Source of the DNA: Eubacteriales bacterium
GTDB lineage: Bacteria; Bacillota; Clostridia; Oscillospirales; CAG-272
Assembly (NCBI GenBank): GCA_034178705.1
Contig: JAXFQY010000039.1
Span: 18,623-82,622 of the forward strand
Reading direction: 5' to 3'
DNA length: 64,000 bases
Below, piece after piece: positions 10,428 to 18,941 of this stretch. Every line of letters starts with the position of its first letter. The first letter of the stretch is position 1. The notes beneath the pieces were generated by a model that was given only the letters and a program-made list of their open reading frames with translations, did not search any database and had not been told where the DNA came from. The position numbers were made by a program, and so were the translations under genes.

Positions 10428-11711
10428 ATGAACGCACTCCAATTGGCTGAATATATCCGGGCAGGAAAGGCAGACGCAAAGCTGAATGCGCTTTACGGCA
10501 AAAATCTTGACAGGCAAAGAAAAAGATATGCCGATGCAGCAGAAAAATTTGCCTCGCTTTACGGGGCTGAAAAGGATGCTTTTTTCTTCTCGGTTCCGGG
10601 GAGAAGCGAAATATCCGGAAATCATACCGACCATAACCGCGGAAAGGTTCTTGCGGGGGCCATTGATCTTGACATAATCGCTGTCGCAAGCCGCACGGAT
10701 GATGGCGCCGTACGTGTCCGCAGTGAGGGATACAGTGAGGATCGCGTGGAGCTTTCCGATATCAGTGAGCCGAAAAAGGAGAACTTTTTCAAATCCCGCG
10801 GACTGCTTGCAGGAGTACTTGCCGGTTTGCAGAAAAACGGTCATGAGGTTTGTTCCTTTTGTGCTTATACGACGAATGATGTTCACAAAGGAAGCGGGCT
10901 CTCCTCTTCTGCCGCATTTGAGGTGATGATCGGAAATATTGAAAATCATTTGGCAAACGGCGGAAAAATCGGAAATCCGGAGATTGCGAAAATTTCTCAG
11001 TTTGCGGAAAATGTATATTTCGGAAAGCCCTGCGGTTTGATGGATCAGATGGCTTGTGCCGTCGGCGGCTTTGTTGCGATTGATTTTGAAGATCCGCAGA
11101 ATCCGGTAATTGAGTCGTTGGATTTTGATCTGTCCGGTCACGGATACTCCCTTTGCATTGTCAATACCGGCGGAAATCATGCCGATCTCAACGAGGATTA
11201 TGCATCGGTTCCGGCCGAAATGAAAAAGATTGCAGCGTATTACGGGAAGGACGCATTGCGCGGATTGACAGAGGAGCAGCTGATTTCCGACATGCCGGTT
11301 CTTCGCAAAGCGGCAGGGGATCGTGCCATTCTCCGTGCTATGCATTTTGTTGCCGAAAACAAGCGTGTTGAAAAACAGACAGAAGCGCTGCGCCGCGGTG
11401 ACCTTGATACGTTTTTTGCCGGTGTGATTGAAAGCGGAAACAGCAGTTTCAAATATCTCCAGAATGTTTATACTGTGAAAAATGTAGAGGAACAGGGACT
11501 GTCCCTTGCACTTTGCGTAACCGAATATGTAACCCGTGGCTGGGGCGGTGCATTCCGTGTACACGGCGGTGGTTTTGCCGGTACGATTCAGGCATTTATT
11601 CCGACAGAAAAAGTCGAAGAATATACAAACATCATGAATTCCGTCTTCGGACAGAATGCCTGCGCCGCGCTGAAGGTTCGTCCCGAGGGAGCAATCCTTG
11701 TGAATCTGTAA
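10428..11711 (+). CDS. Galactokinase-family GHMP sugar kinase
   Basis: 427-aa ORF. PGRSEISGNHTDHNRGKVLAGAIDLD matches the galactokinase signature region, and GSGLSSSAAFEV is the GHMP ATP-binding motif. The exact sugar specificity cannot be determined from the sequence. Confidence 0.8.
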   Translation: MNALQLAEYIRAGKADAKLNALYGKNLDRQRKRYADAAEKFASLYGAEKDAFFFSVPGRSEISGNHTDHNRGKVLAGAIDLDIIAVASRTDDGAVRVRSEGYSEDRVELSDISEPKKENFFKSRGLLAGVLAGLQKNGHEVCSFCAYTTNDVHKGSGLSSSAAFEVMIGNIENHLANGGKIGNPEIAKISQFAENVYFGKPCGLMDQMACAVGGFVAIDFEDPQNPVIESLDFDLSGHGYSLCIVNTGGNHADLNEDYASVPAEMKKIAAYYGKDALRGLTEEQLISDMPVLRKAAGDRAILRAMHFVAENKRVEKQTEALRRGDLDTFFAGVIESGNSSFKYLQNVYTVKNVEEQGLSLALCVTEYVTRGWGGAFRVHGGGFAGTIQAFIPTEKVEEYTNIMNSVFGQNACAALKVRPEGAILVNL

Positions 11712-11717
11712 GCAAAC

Positions 11718-12155
11718 ATGAAGAAGAAAAGAAACAAAAACATGCCGCAGAGCACGGCAGATGCAGATGCCGTCAAAAAAGCGAAAAGAACACTCCGGTA
11801 TTTTTTTATTCTGATTATCAATGTCATTGTGTTCTATGCGGCTTACATTTTTCTGACGCGGCTCGGCGGGACTGCGGCGAACATCACCATGTGGGTCTAT
11901 CTTGTTCTTACGGTTGTTTTTTTCTCCGCGTTTATTCTCTATAACAAAGGCTTTACAATGGTAAACCGTGCACCGGATTCCTTTCCGGAGGATTGGAGTG
12001 CAGAAAAAAAATGCGCTGTCCTTGAGGAGGGAAAGCGTCGGAAAGAACGCTCAAAATGGATGCTGCTGATTATTATTCCCTTGCTTGCCGTCTGGTTTAT
12101 CGACATGGTTGATCTTTTCTTCTTGGACCGGATCCGGAATCTTTTCAACGGATAA
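11718..12155 (+). CDS. Small integral membrane protein, unknown function
   Basis: 145-aa ORF starting 7 nt after the kinase stop. It has three hydrophobic segments (FFILIINVIVFYAAYIF, MWVYLVLTVVFFSAFILY, MLLIIIPLLAVWFIDMV). Confidence 0.55.
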   Translation: MKKKRNKNMPQSTADADAVKKAKRTLRYFFILIINVIVFYAAYIFLTRLGGTAANITMWVYLVLTVVFFSAFILYNKGFTMVNRAPDSFPEDWSAEKKCAVLEEGKRRKERSKWMLLIIIPLLAVWFIDMVDLFFLDRIRNLFNG

Positions 12156-12177
12156 AATCCGATTTTTACGGAGAGCT

Positions 12178-12942
12178 ATGCTTGCCTATTCTCTTTGCTC
12201 CGGCTCGTCCGGAAACTCCTATTTCATCCGAGGAGACGCTTCCTCGATTCTGATCGATGCGGGAAGATCCGCACGCTACATTACCTCTGCGCTTTGTGAC
12301 TGCGGAAGTGGCATGGGGGAGATATCCGCTGTATTTGTCACACACAATCACAGCGATCATATCTCCGCATTGCCGGTTCTTTGCCGGCAGTATGCTTTTG
12401 ATATTTTCTGTACACCGGGCAGTGCCGATGCATTGCTCGGTGTCGGTATTCCGGAAAGCAGGATCCGTCGGATTCTTCCGGGAAACAGAATTGCTGTCGG
12501 AGACTTTTCCGTTTGCGCTTTTGAAACTCCGCATGATGCCTGCGGCAGCGTTTGCTACCGGGTTTCCGACGGATGCTGCTCTCTTGCTGTTGCGACGGAC
12601 ATCGGATATGTATCCGATTCTGTTTTTGAATGTCTTTTCGGCTGCTCCGCCGTTGCAGTGGAGTCGAATCATGACATTGACCGTCTTCGCCGCGGACCGT
12701 ATCCCGTATTTTTAAAACAGCGGATTCTTTCCGAAAGCGGACATCTTTCCAATGACCGCTGCGCCGCTCTTCTTCCCCGGCTTTATGACAGTGGAACACG
12801 GCATTTTCTTCTTGCACATCTGAGCCGCGAAAACAATGATCCGGACCTGGCTTTTGAAACGGCAAGCCGGGCTTTATCCGGCTGTGATGCAGAGCTTGCC
12901 GTTGCCTTGCCCGAAAAGCCGGTTTGTTTTTTCAGGGGGTAG
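12178..12942 (+). CDS. MBL-fold metallo-hydrolase (YycJ/WalJ-like)
   Basis: The ORF is trimmed to the ATG at 12178, preceded by a ggagag RBS. MLAYSLCSGSSGNSYFIRGDASSILIDAG and the HxHxDH motif VTHNHSDH are present. It sits next to rlmH, as yycJ does in B. subtilis. Confidence 0.85.
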   Translation: MLAYSLCSGSSGNSYFIRGDASSILIDAGRSARYITSALCDCGSGMGEISAVFVTHNHSDHISALPVLCRQYAFDIFCTPGSADALLGVGIPESRIRRILPGNRIAVGDFSVCAFETPHDACGSVCYRVSDGCCSLAVATDIGYVSDSVFECLFGCSAVAVESNHDIDRLRRGPYPVFLKQRILSESGHLSNDRCAALLPRLYDSGTRHFLLAHLSRENNDPDLAFETASRALSGCDAELAVALPEKPVCFFRG

Positions 12943-12945
12943 AAA

Positions 12946-13425
12946 TTGCAGAAACTCACTGTGATTGCCGTCGGTGGCGATAAGGAAAAATACTTTTTAG
13001 AAGCGGCGGAAGAATATAGAAAACGTCTTTCTCGTTTTGCCCAGACAGAGCTGATTCTGCTGAAGGATGAGCCGATTCCCGATCATCCTTCGGAAAAAGA
13101 GATTGCCGGCGTTCTGAAAAAAGAAGGGGACAGAATCCGTGCTGCTTTGCCGGACGGTTTTCTGAAAATTGCCCTTTGTATAGAAGGAAAACAGCTGACA
13201 AGTCCCGAACTGGCGGCTTTTCTGGACGATGCTGCCTGCCGTTTTCCCGGGATCGCCTTTATTATCGGAGGATCGCTTGGACTGGAGGAGGATGTGAAAA
13301 AGCTTTGCTCTGTCAGGCTTTCCCTTTCAAGATTGACTTTGCCGCACCGCCTGGCGCGCGTTGTTCTGATGGAGGCACTTTATCGCGCCGAGACGATCCG
13401 AAACGGCGTGAGATATCATAAATAA
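12946..13425 (+). CDS. rlmH: 23S rRNA (pseudouridine1915-N3)-methyltransferase RlmH
   Basis: 159 aa with a TTG start. It has the SPOUT-family pattern KLTVIAVGGDKEKYFLEAAEEYRKRL ... FIIGGSLGL ... LTLPHRLARVVLMEALYRA. Confidence 0.9.
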   Translation: MQKLTVIAVGGDKEKYFLEAAEEYRKRLSRFAQTELILLKDEPIPDHPSEKEIAGVLKKEGDRIRAALPDGFLKIALCIEGKQLTSPELAAFLDDAACRFPGIAFIIGGSLGLEEDVKKLCSVRLSLSRLTLPHRLARVVLMEALYRAETIRNGVRYHK

Positions 13426-13547
13426 ACGGTTGAAAAACAGGGAAAGCTGAAAAGGACATGCAGAAAGCACCTGCCTGAACTGGATTCATAAAGAATCTTT
13501 ACTTTTTTCCGGGATTCCGGAAAAAATCCGACCGAACGGAGGACCGA

Positions 13548-15779
13548 ATGCGCAAACTGAAGGAATCTGTACGCTTGCTTGCAATTGCAGGGATGTTTTT
13601 TCTGTTTTTTACTGCTGTGCTTTATCAGCGCGGGGTATTTGATTTTTCCTTTTATCCGAGAGAGCACGGCGATCCTGTAAAAACAACCGATCCTTCCGCA
13701 ACAACTCCGCTCTCTTCCGATTCCGCAGGGGGAATAGATGAACCGGATGATGAATATTCCCTGCAATTTATCGATGCACTGCGAGCAGCGACAAACATCA
13801 GCCGTATCGGGGCAGGCGTCCTGACAGGAGGAGATCCGGTTCCGTTTGCATTTGAAAAATTTACCGATCTTATTCCGGAGGGATATGAACTTTCCTATGC
13901 GGATTTTGATTCCGACGGAACCATGCGTCTGTGCCTGTTGGAGCCGGACATCTCTCTTCCGGCATACGGTTCCTATGAGATAACGGAGCTTGTTTTTTAT
14001 TCCGAGGCGAAGGATGATTACTCCGTTCCCATCGGAAAACAGCGTTTTGAACTGAAATCCGGATCCGGCGTACGCCTGTATATGGGGTATATTCTGACGG
14101 ATGACGGCAACGAACAGCGTGTGTACACCTGGAACGGAAAACTGCTTCTCAAGGAACCGTCCGGCTATCTTTATCCTGCCTTAACGCGCGATACGGAAGG
14201 CCATCCTCTTTTCACGCTCGGAGACAGCAAATATTACCGTTTTGATGAAGCCGGAAAGCTGATCGAAAGCGATTACAACGATGAAACAGACGGGCGGGGT
14301 CTGTATTTTGACTATACCCCGGATTATGGTGCAGGCGACAACGATATTCTGCGTTTTTCCGTTCGTACCATCATCACCAGTCTTGTCACGGCTCCGCCGG
14401 AGGAAACGGAAGCACCCCCGGAAACTCTCCCCCCGGAGACTGATTCTCCCGTAACCGTTTACACACAGGAACCGGTAACGGAGCCTCCTGCAGAAACCGA
14501 CGTGCCGGCGGAAACGACTGATGTCGCAGCAGTTCCGGATTCCTCCGAGAGCACGGAAGATTCCGATGCCGGAGAGACCGAAGAGACCTCTGAAGACACC
14601 GGAAATACAGAAAGCGCAGAGATAACCGACTCGGCGGAAACAATAGCACCGGAGGAAAATGAGCCTTCTCCACCCCCGGAAGAAACAACGGCTGAAGGCT
14701 CCGAAGACACCGAAACAGGGAATTCTTCGGCAGAAGAGGGAGAGCTTTCTTCTGACAGTCCGATTCCGGAGGAAATCACCGAAGGGTCGGTTTCTGAAGC
14801 AGGGCAAACGACGGAAGGCGGAGGGGCTGAGCTTCTCGCAGCTGCGGCCGATCTGCCCGACGATACTGACGATGCTCCGGCCGAAACAGGATCGGATCCG
14901 TCCGAAACCACCGGACTTCCCGAAGAGAGCACCCAAAGCAGTAGTATATTTACAGAAAACCCGGAAAATCCCGAGACTTCAGAATCAACCGAAGGAATCC
15001 CGGCAACCGAGACCGAAACAGAACCGGAGCCGCCCGTGACAACCGCTCCGCCGCGCATTGTGGATATCATCAGCACGGAAGAACTTCGCTTTGCATACGG
15101 ATATTCTTCCTGGTATCTGCTGACCGGATATAAATATTCGAGGATGTTCAATTTTTCCGAAGGATACGGGGTCTCTGTCTGGTATGACAAGGTTCTCTCG
15201 GTTGTCAATGAATACGGACAGGAAGACTGGCGCTTCACAAGACAGCTTTATTACTGGAACGAAAACGGAAGGCTTGCCTACTCCATTTATACCGAACCTC
15301 TGACGCGCGGGATTGCTTCTTTGGGAAGCTATTATTTTGATCGTGGGTACCTCCGTGTACGTCAGTTGGATACCGATGCCTATTACGGAAATCCGGATTA
15401 TCTGATCGGACAGTATGATTTTCTGCTTGACAAAGAAGGAAACAAATTTGCCATTCCGGAGGGCTATGATCTTGTCGGTTACTCGGACGGAGTTCTGTTG
15501 CTTTCCCGTGGCGGAAAGTACGGCTATTACAGTACGGAAATCGGCTGGATTGCACAGCCTATTTATACCTTCGCCCGTCCTTTTGCCGAAGGGTTGGGTG
15601 TAATCGGCTTTCAGAACGGAATCAAGGGGATTATCGACACAAAAGGAAATGTGGTTCTTCCCTTTGTTTATACCGACATTTCCCAGATTTCCTCCGGCGT
15701 GATTGCTGCATACTCTGCCGAAACCGGCTGGGAGTTTTACGGCAAGGTTTGCAGACCGGAGACCCTTTCCGAAGGTTGA
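13548..15779 (+). CDS. Membrane-anchored WG-repeat (KWG) surface protein with an acidic Pro/Thr/Glu-rich linker
   Basis: 743 aa. N-terminal TM segment LLAIAGMFFLFFTAVLY. A low-complexity ETEAPPETLPPETDSP... linker of about 200 aa. C-terminal repeats of the type GGKYGYYSTEIGWIAQPIYTFARPFAEGLGVIGFQNGIKGIIDTKGNVVLPFVYTDI. Confidence 0.8.
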   Translation: MRKLKESVRLLAIAGMFFLFFTAVLYQRGVFDFSFYPREHGDPVKTTDPSATTPLSSDSAGGIDEPDDEYSLQFIDALRAATNISRIGAGVLTGGDPVPFAFEKFTDLIPEGYELSYADFDSDGTMRLCLLEPDISLPAYGSYEITELVFYSEAKDDYSVPIGKQRFELKSGSGVRLYMGYILTDDGNEQRVYTWNGKLLLKEPSGYLYPALTRDTEGHPLFTLGDSKYYRFDEAGKLIESDYNDETDGRGLYFDYTPDYGAGDNDILRFSVRTIITSLVTAPPEETEAPPETLPPETDSPVTVYTQEPVTEPPAETDVPAETTDVAAVPDSSESTEDSDAGETEETSEDTGNTESAEITDSAETIAPEENEPSPPPEETTAEGSEDTETGNSSAEEGELSSDSPIPEEITEGSVSEAGQTTEGGGAELLAAAADLPDDTDDAPAETGSDPSETTGLPEESTQSSSIFTENPENPETSESTEGIPATETETEPEPPVTTAPPRIVDIISTEELRFAYGYSSWYLLTGYKYSRMFNFSEGYGVSVWYDKVLSVVNEYGQEDWRFTRQLYYWNENGRLAYSIYTEPLTRGIASLGSYYFDRGYLRVRQLDTDAYYGNPDYLIGQYDFLLDKEGNKFAIPEGYDLVGYSDGVLLLSRGGKYGYYSTEIGWIAQPIYTFARPFAEGLGVIGFQNGIKGIIDTKGNVVLPFVYTDISQISSGVIAAYSAETGWEFYGKVCRPETLSEG

Positions 15780-15835
15780 CGGTTCTCGTTTCGTTGATTT
15801 AGCTTACTCTTTGCAAAAGGGTAAGGAGGAATATC

Positions 15836-17722
15836 ATGCAGCATACAACAGACATTGTGATTATCGGCGCAGGACATGCAGGAGTAGAGGCGGCGCTTGC
15901 TGCGTCACGGCTCGGTCTTTCCACCGTGCTGTTCACCTTAAGTCTTGACGCTATTGCCAATATGCCCTGCAATCCGTCGGTAGGCGGAACGGCCAAGGGG
16001 CACCTGGTCTATGAGATTGATGCCCTCGGAGGGGAGATGGGACGCGCGGCTGATGCCGTAACGCTTCAAAGCCGGACCCTTAACACCGGTAAGGGCGCTG
16101 CCGTCCGCTCCAAGCGGATACAGGCGGACCGCGCCGCTTACCGACTATATATGAAGCACACAGTGGAGCGCGCCCCGCACCTTGATCTGATTCAGGATGA
16201 AGTGACTGAGCTGCTGACAGAACCGCTGCCGGATGGGCGGCGCCGTCTCTGCGGGGTTGTTACGCGCGCGGGGGAAACCTATTTGTGCCGCGCGGCAGTG
16301 ATCTGCGCCGGAACCTATCTCGGCGGCAGAATCCATATGGGGGAGCACAGCTGGGCATCCGGACCGGACGGACAGCTTCCCGCTTCCGGGCTGACAGCCT
16401 CTCTTGCTGCGCTCGGTTGTTCGCTGCGCCGCTTCAAAACCGGAACACCGCAGCGTATCGATCGCCGGACAATTGATTTTTCCCGCTTGGAGATTCAGGA
16501 GGGGGAGCCGGACCCGGCACCGTTTTCGGCACTGACCGACCCCGCACATTTTTCCGGTTTTACCGGAATTCCCTGTCATATCGTCTATACGACCGAAAAA
16601 ACACACGCTGTGATTCAAAAAAACATCGGAAGGAGTGCAATGTACTCCGGAAGAATTCATGCTGTAGGACCGCGTTATTGTCCCTCCATTGAGGACAAAA
16701 TTGTTCGCTTTGCGGACAAGGAGCGGCATCAGCTTTTTCTGGAGCCGACTGGAGCAGAAACAAATGAGATGTATCTGCAGGGTTTTTCCACATCGATGCC
16801 TGCAGAAGTCCAGGAGGAGATGGTACATACCCTTCCCGGTTTTGAGGAAGCGCATATCATGCGCTATGCCTATGCCATCGAATATGACTGCGTTGACCCG
16901 CTTTCCCTGACGCCTGAACTGGAATTCAAAGAGATTGCCGGACTTTACGGAGCCGGACAATTTAACGGGACTTCCGGCTATGAGGAAGCGGCGGCACAGG
17001 GGCTTGTCGCCGGTGCAAACGCCGCTCTGCGTCTGCTTGGGCGCCCTGCGCTCAGTCTTCCGCGTTCTTCTTCCTACATCGGTACGCTGATCGACGATCT
17101 TGTGACAAAGGGAACGAATGAGCCGTACCGTATGATGACCTCTCGCTCAGAATACCGTCTTCTGCTTCGGCAGGATAACGCCGATCTGCGTCTGACTCCG
17201 CAGGGGTACGACCGCGGACTTGTCGGGGAGGAACAATACCGTATATTTTCCGATCGCCGCCGGGCAATCGAGGGGGAGATTACCCGTCTCTCCGAAACCA
17301 CTTTGCCGCCCTCTGCCGAGGTTAACGCCATGCTCTCCGCACATAACTCCGCACCGCTTACAACCGGCTGTCGTATGGCGGAACTTCTGCGAAGGCCGGA
17401 GCTTGATCTGACGGCACTCCGTTCGGTCGATTCCGCTGCGCCCGCGCTTTCCCGCGGCGTTCTCGAAAGTGTGGAGACGGCGGTCAAATATGAGGGGTAC
17501 GTCCGGAAACAGCTGGACGCTGCCGAGCGCGCAAAAAAAATGGAGCAGATGCTGATTCCCGACGATATTGATTATCATGCCGTTTCCGGACTGAGGCTTG
17601 AGGCTGCGGAGAAGCTTTCCCGAATCCGCCCGCGGAACATCGGGCAGGCAAGCCGAATCAGCGGCGTCAATCCCGCCGATATTACCGTTTTGCTGATCCG
17701 GCTGAAATCCGGAAAGGAATAA
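15836..17722 (+). CDS. mnmG: tRNA uridine 5-carboxymethylaminomethyl modification enzyme MnmG (GidA)
   Basis: 628 aa. FAD-binding N-terminus DIVIIGAGHAGVEAALAASRLG, plus GPRYCPSIEDKIVRF and GQFNGTSGYEEAAAQG motifs. Confidence 0.95.
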   Translation: MQHTTDIVIIGAGHAGVEAALAASRLGLSTVLFTLSLDAIANMPCNPSVGGTAKGHLVYEIDALGGEMGRAADAVTLQSRTLNTGKGAAVRSKRIQADRAAYRLYMKHTVERAPHLDLIQDEVTELLTEPLPDGRRRLCGVVTRAGETYLCRAAVICAGTYLGGRIHMGEHSWASGPDGQLPASGLTASLAALGCSLRRFKTGTPQRIDRRTIDFSRLEIQEGEPDPAPFSALTDPAHFSGFTGIPCHIVYTTEKTHAVIQKNIGRSAMYSGRIHAVGPRYCPSIEDKIVRFADKERHQLFLEPTGAETNEMYLQGFSTSMPAEVQEEMVHTLPGFEEAHIMRYAYAIEYDCVDPLSLTPELEFKEIAGLYGAGQFNGTSGYEEAAAQGLVAGANAALRLLGRPALSLPRSSSYIGTLIDDLVTKGTNEPYRMMTSRSEYRLLLRQDNADLRLTPQGYDRGLVGEEQYRIFSDRRRAIEGEITRLSETTLPPSAEVNAMLSAHNSAPLTTGCRMAELLRRPELDLTALRSVDSAAPALSRGVLESVETAVKYEGYVRKQLDAAERAKKMEQMLIPDDIDYHAVSGLRLEAAEKLSRIRPRNIGQASRISGVNPADITVLLIRLKSGKE

Positions 17723-17724
17723 CC

Positions 17725-18462
17725 ATGGATCATTTTGCTGAGACAGAAAAACTGGCGGCATCCATTTTTGCACAAAACGGATGCGAACAGTATACCGTCC
17801 TCCTTCCGCGCTTCTCCGCTTTTGGCGATCTCCTTCTGCGGGAGAACGAAAAGCATAATCTGACGGCGATCCGTTCCGCAGAGGATGTGTGGCTCCGGCA
17901 TTTTGCCGATTGCCTTCTTTTTGCTGATTTTTTCAATACACGTGCAACCCTGATTGATGTCGGATGCGGCGGCGGTTTTCCTTCCGTTCCCCTGGCACTT
18001 GCCTGCCCTGCTCTGAAGGTTACCGCGTGCGACAGTACAAAGAAAAAAACCGATTTTGTCTCCCTTGCGGCACAAACCCTTGCTCTTGAGAATTTGCGGA
18101 CCCTTTGCGCCCGCGCTGAGGAGGCCGGAAAAAGCCCTGTCTGGCGCGAACGCTTTGATTTTGCTTCTGCCCGCGCCGTTTCCGCTTTGCCCGCCCTTGC
18201 TGAGTATTGTTTGCCGCTTGTCCGTGTCGGTGGCTGTTTTGCCGCCTTTAAAGGAAAAGACGCTGAAGTTGAGCTTGCTGCAGCCGAGCCGATGATTGCC
18301 AATCTGGGAGGAAAAACGGACCGAATTTTGCATAAAACGCTCCTCGCTCCCGACGGAGAAGCGATCGAGCGCTCCTTGATTATCATTCGCAAGATTCGCC
18401 CCACTCCGGCTGTTTTTCCGCGAAAAAACAGCGTTATTCAGAGAGAGAAGACGCGAACATAA
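17725..18462 (+). CDS. rsmG: 16S rRNA (guanine527-N7)-methyltransferase RsmG (GidB)
   Basis: 245 aa. It starts 3 nt after mnmG, has the SAM motif LIDVGCGGGFPSVPLAL, and follows the canonical mnmG-rsmG pairing. Confidence 0.9.
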   Translation: MDHFAETEKLAASIFAQNGCEQYTVLLPRFSAFGDLLLRENEKHNLTAIRSAEDVWLRHFADCLLFADFFNTRATLIDVGCGGGFPSVPLALACPALKVTACDSTKKKTDFVSLAAQTLALENLRTLCARAEEAGKSPVWRERFDFASARAVSALPALAEYCLPLVRVGGCFAAFKGKDAEVELAAAEPMIANLGGKTDRILHKTLLAPDGEAIERSLIIIRKIRPTPAVFPRKNSVIQREKTRT

Positions 18463-18511
18463 TAAGGCTTCGCGAAAGTAAAAAACGGGGGAGAAAGCAG
18501 AAATCCGGAGA

Positions 18512-18582
18512 AACGCGCTTTTCTGAAGAAAAGCTACGCAAAAGGGAGTAACGCGCTTTTCTGAAGAAAAGCTGCGCAAAAG
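18512..18582. repeat. Tandem 33-nt repeat, each copy carrying a GCTTTTC/GAAAAGC hairpin
   Basis: aacgcgcttttctgaagaaaagctRcgcaaaag occurs at 18512-18544 and 18550-18582. A third hairpin with the same stem lies at 18913-18935. Confidence 0.6.
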
Positions 18583-18703
18583 ACTTTTTATTATCCGGTC
18601 TTGCCCGCAGAAACCGAAATCGCTTCTTTCGCCGGAACATTGTCCGGGTCTCGCCCGAGAGTTTCAGATGAAGCGAGGCGCAATGCCAATAAGAAGCAAC
18701 AAA

Positions 18704-18736
18704 TCAGCCGGATGGGTTGGGCCCCCGTCCGGCTGA
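18704..18736 (-). terminator. Second (distal) copy of the duplicated rpoC terminator hairpin
   Basis: tcagccggatgggttgggcccccgtccggctga. It is part of a 65-bp direct repeat (18699-18763 versus 18849-18913). The downstream tract is less U-rich than for the proximal copy. Confidence 0.45.
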
Positions 18737-18854
18737 CAATCTTTAAGGATTTCTTTTGCCAAGTATTTTTTAAAAGGAATCCAGCTTAATTGTTGCCATT
18801 GTTTTGCGCACAGGTTTTGGAAAAGGAAAAACCGAAAAACAAAAAAGGAACAAA

Positions 18855-18886
18855 TCAGCCGGATGGGTTGGGGCCCATCCGGCTGA
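18855..18886 (-). terminator. Rho-independent terminator downstream of rpoC (proximal copy)
   Basis: The minus strand reads TCAGCCGGATGGGCCCCAACCCATCCGGCTGA followed by TTTGTTCCTTTTTTTGTTTTTCGG. This is a GC-rich stem of about 12 bp plus a U-rich tail, about 55 nt after the rpoC stop. Confidence 0.7.
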
Positions 18887-18941
18887 CAATCTTTAAGGAT
18901 TTCTTTTGCCAAGCTTTTCTTTTTCTAAAGAAAAGCGGGGG

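Noticed and set aside
13503-13526. A perfect 10-bp palindrome, ttttttccgg-gatt-ccggaaaaaa, located 22 nt upstream of the WG-repeat protein start.
   Set aside because: It could be the rlmH terminator or an operator. However, the stem is A/T-rich with only a CCGG core and no downstream U-tract on the plus strand. The evidence is too weak to call a function.
14380-15060. A dense stack of overlapping ORFs in all frames and apparent repetitiveness in the middle of the 743-aa gene.
   Set aside because: This is the Pro/Thr/Glu-rich low-complexity linker of the WG-repeat protein. There is no regular repeat-spacer periodicity, so it is neither a CRISPR array nor a separate gene.
18664-18912. An 82-aa minus-strand ORF in the rsmG-rpoC spacer with an internal peptide repeat (AKEILKDCQPDG twice).
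   Set aside because: The peptide repeat is only the translation of the duplicated 65-bp terminator module. There is no RBS, and the ORF spans GC-rich hairpins.
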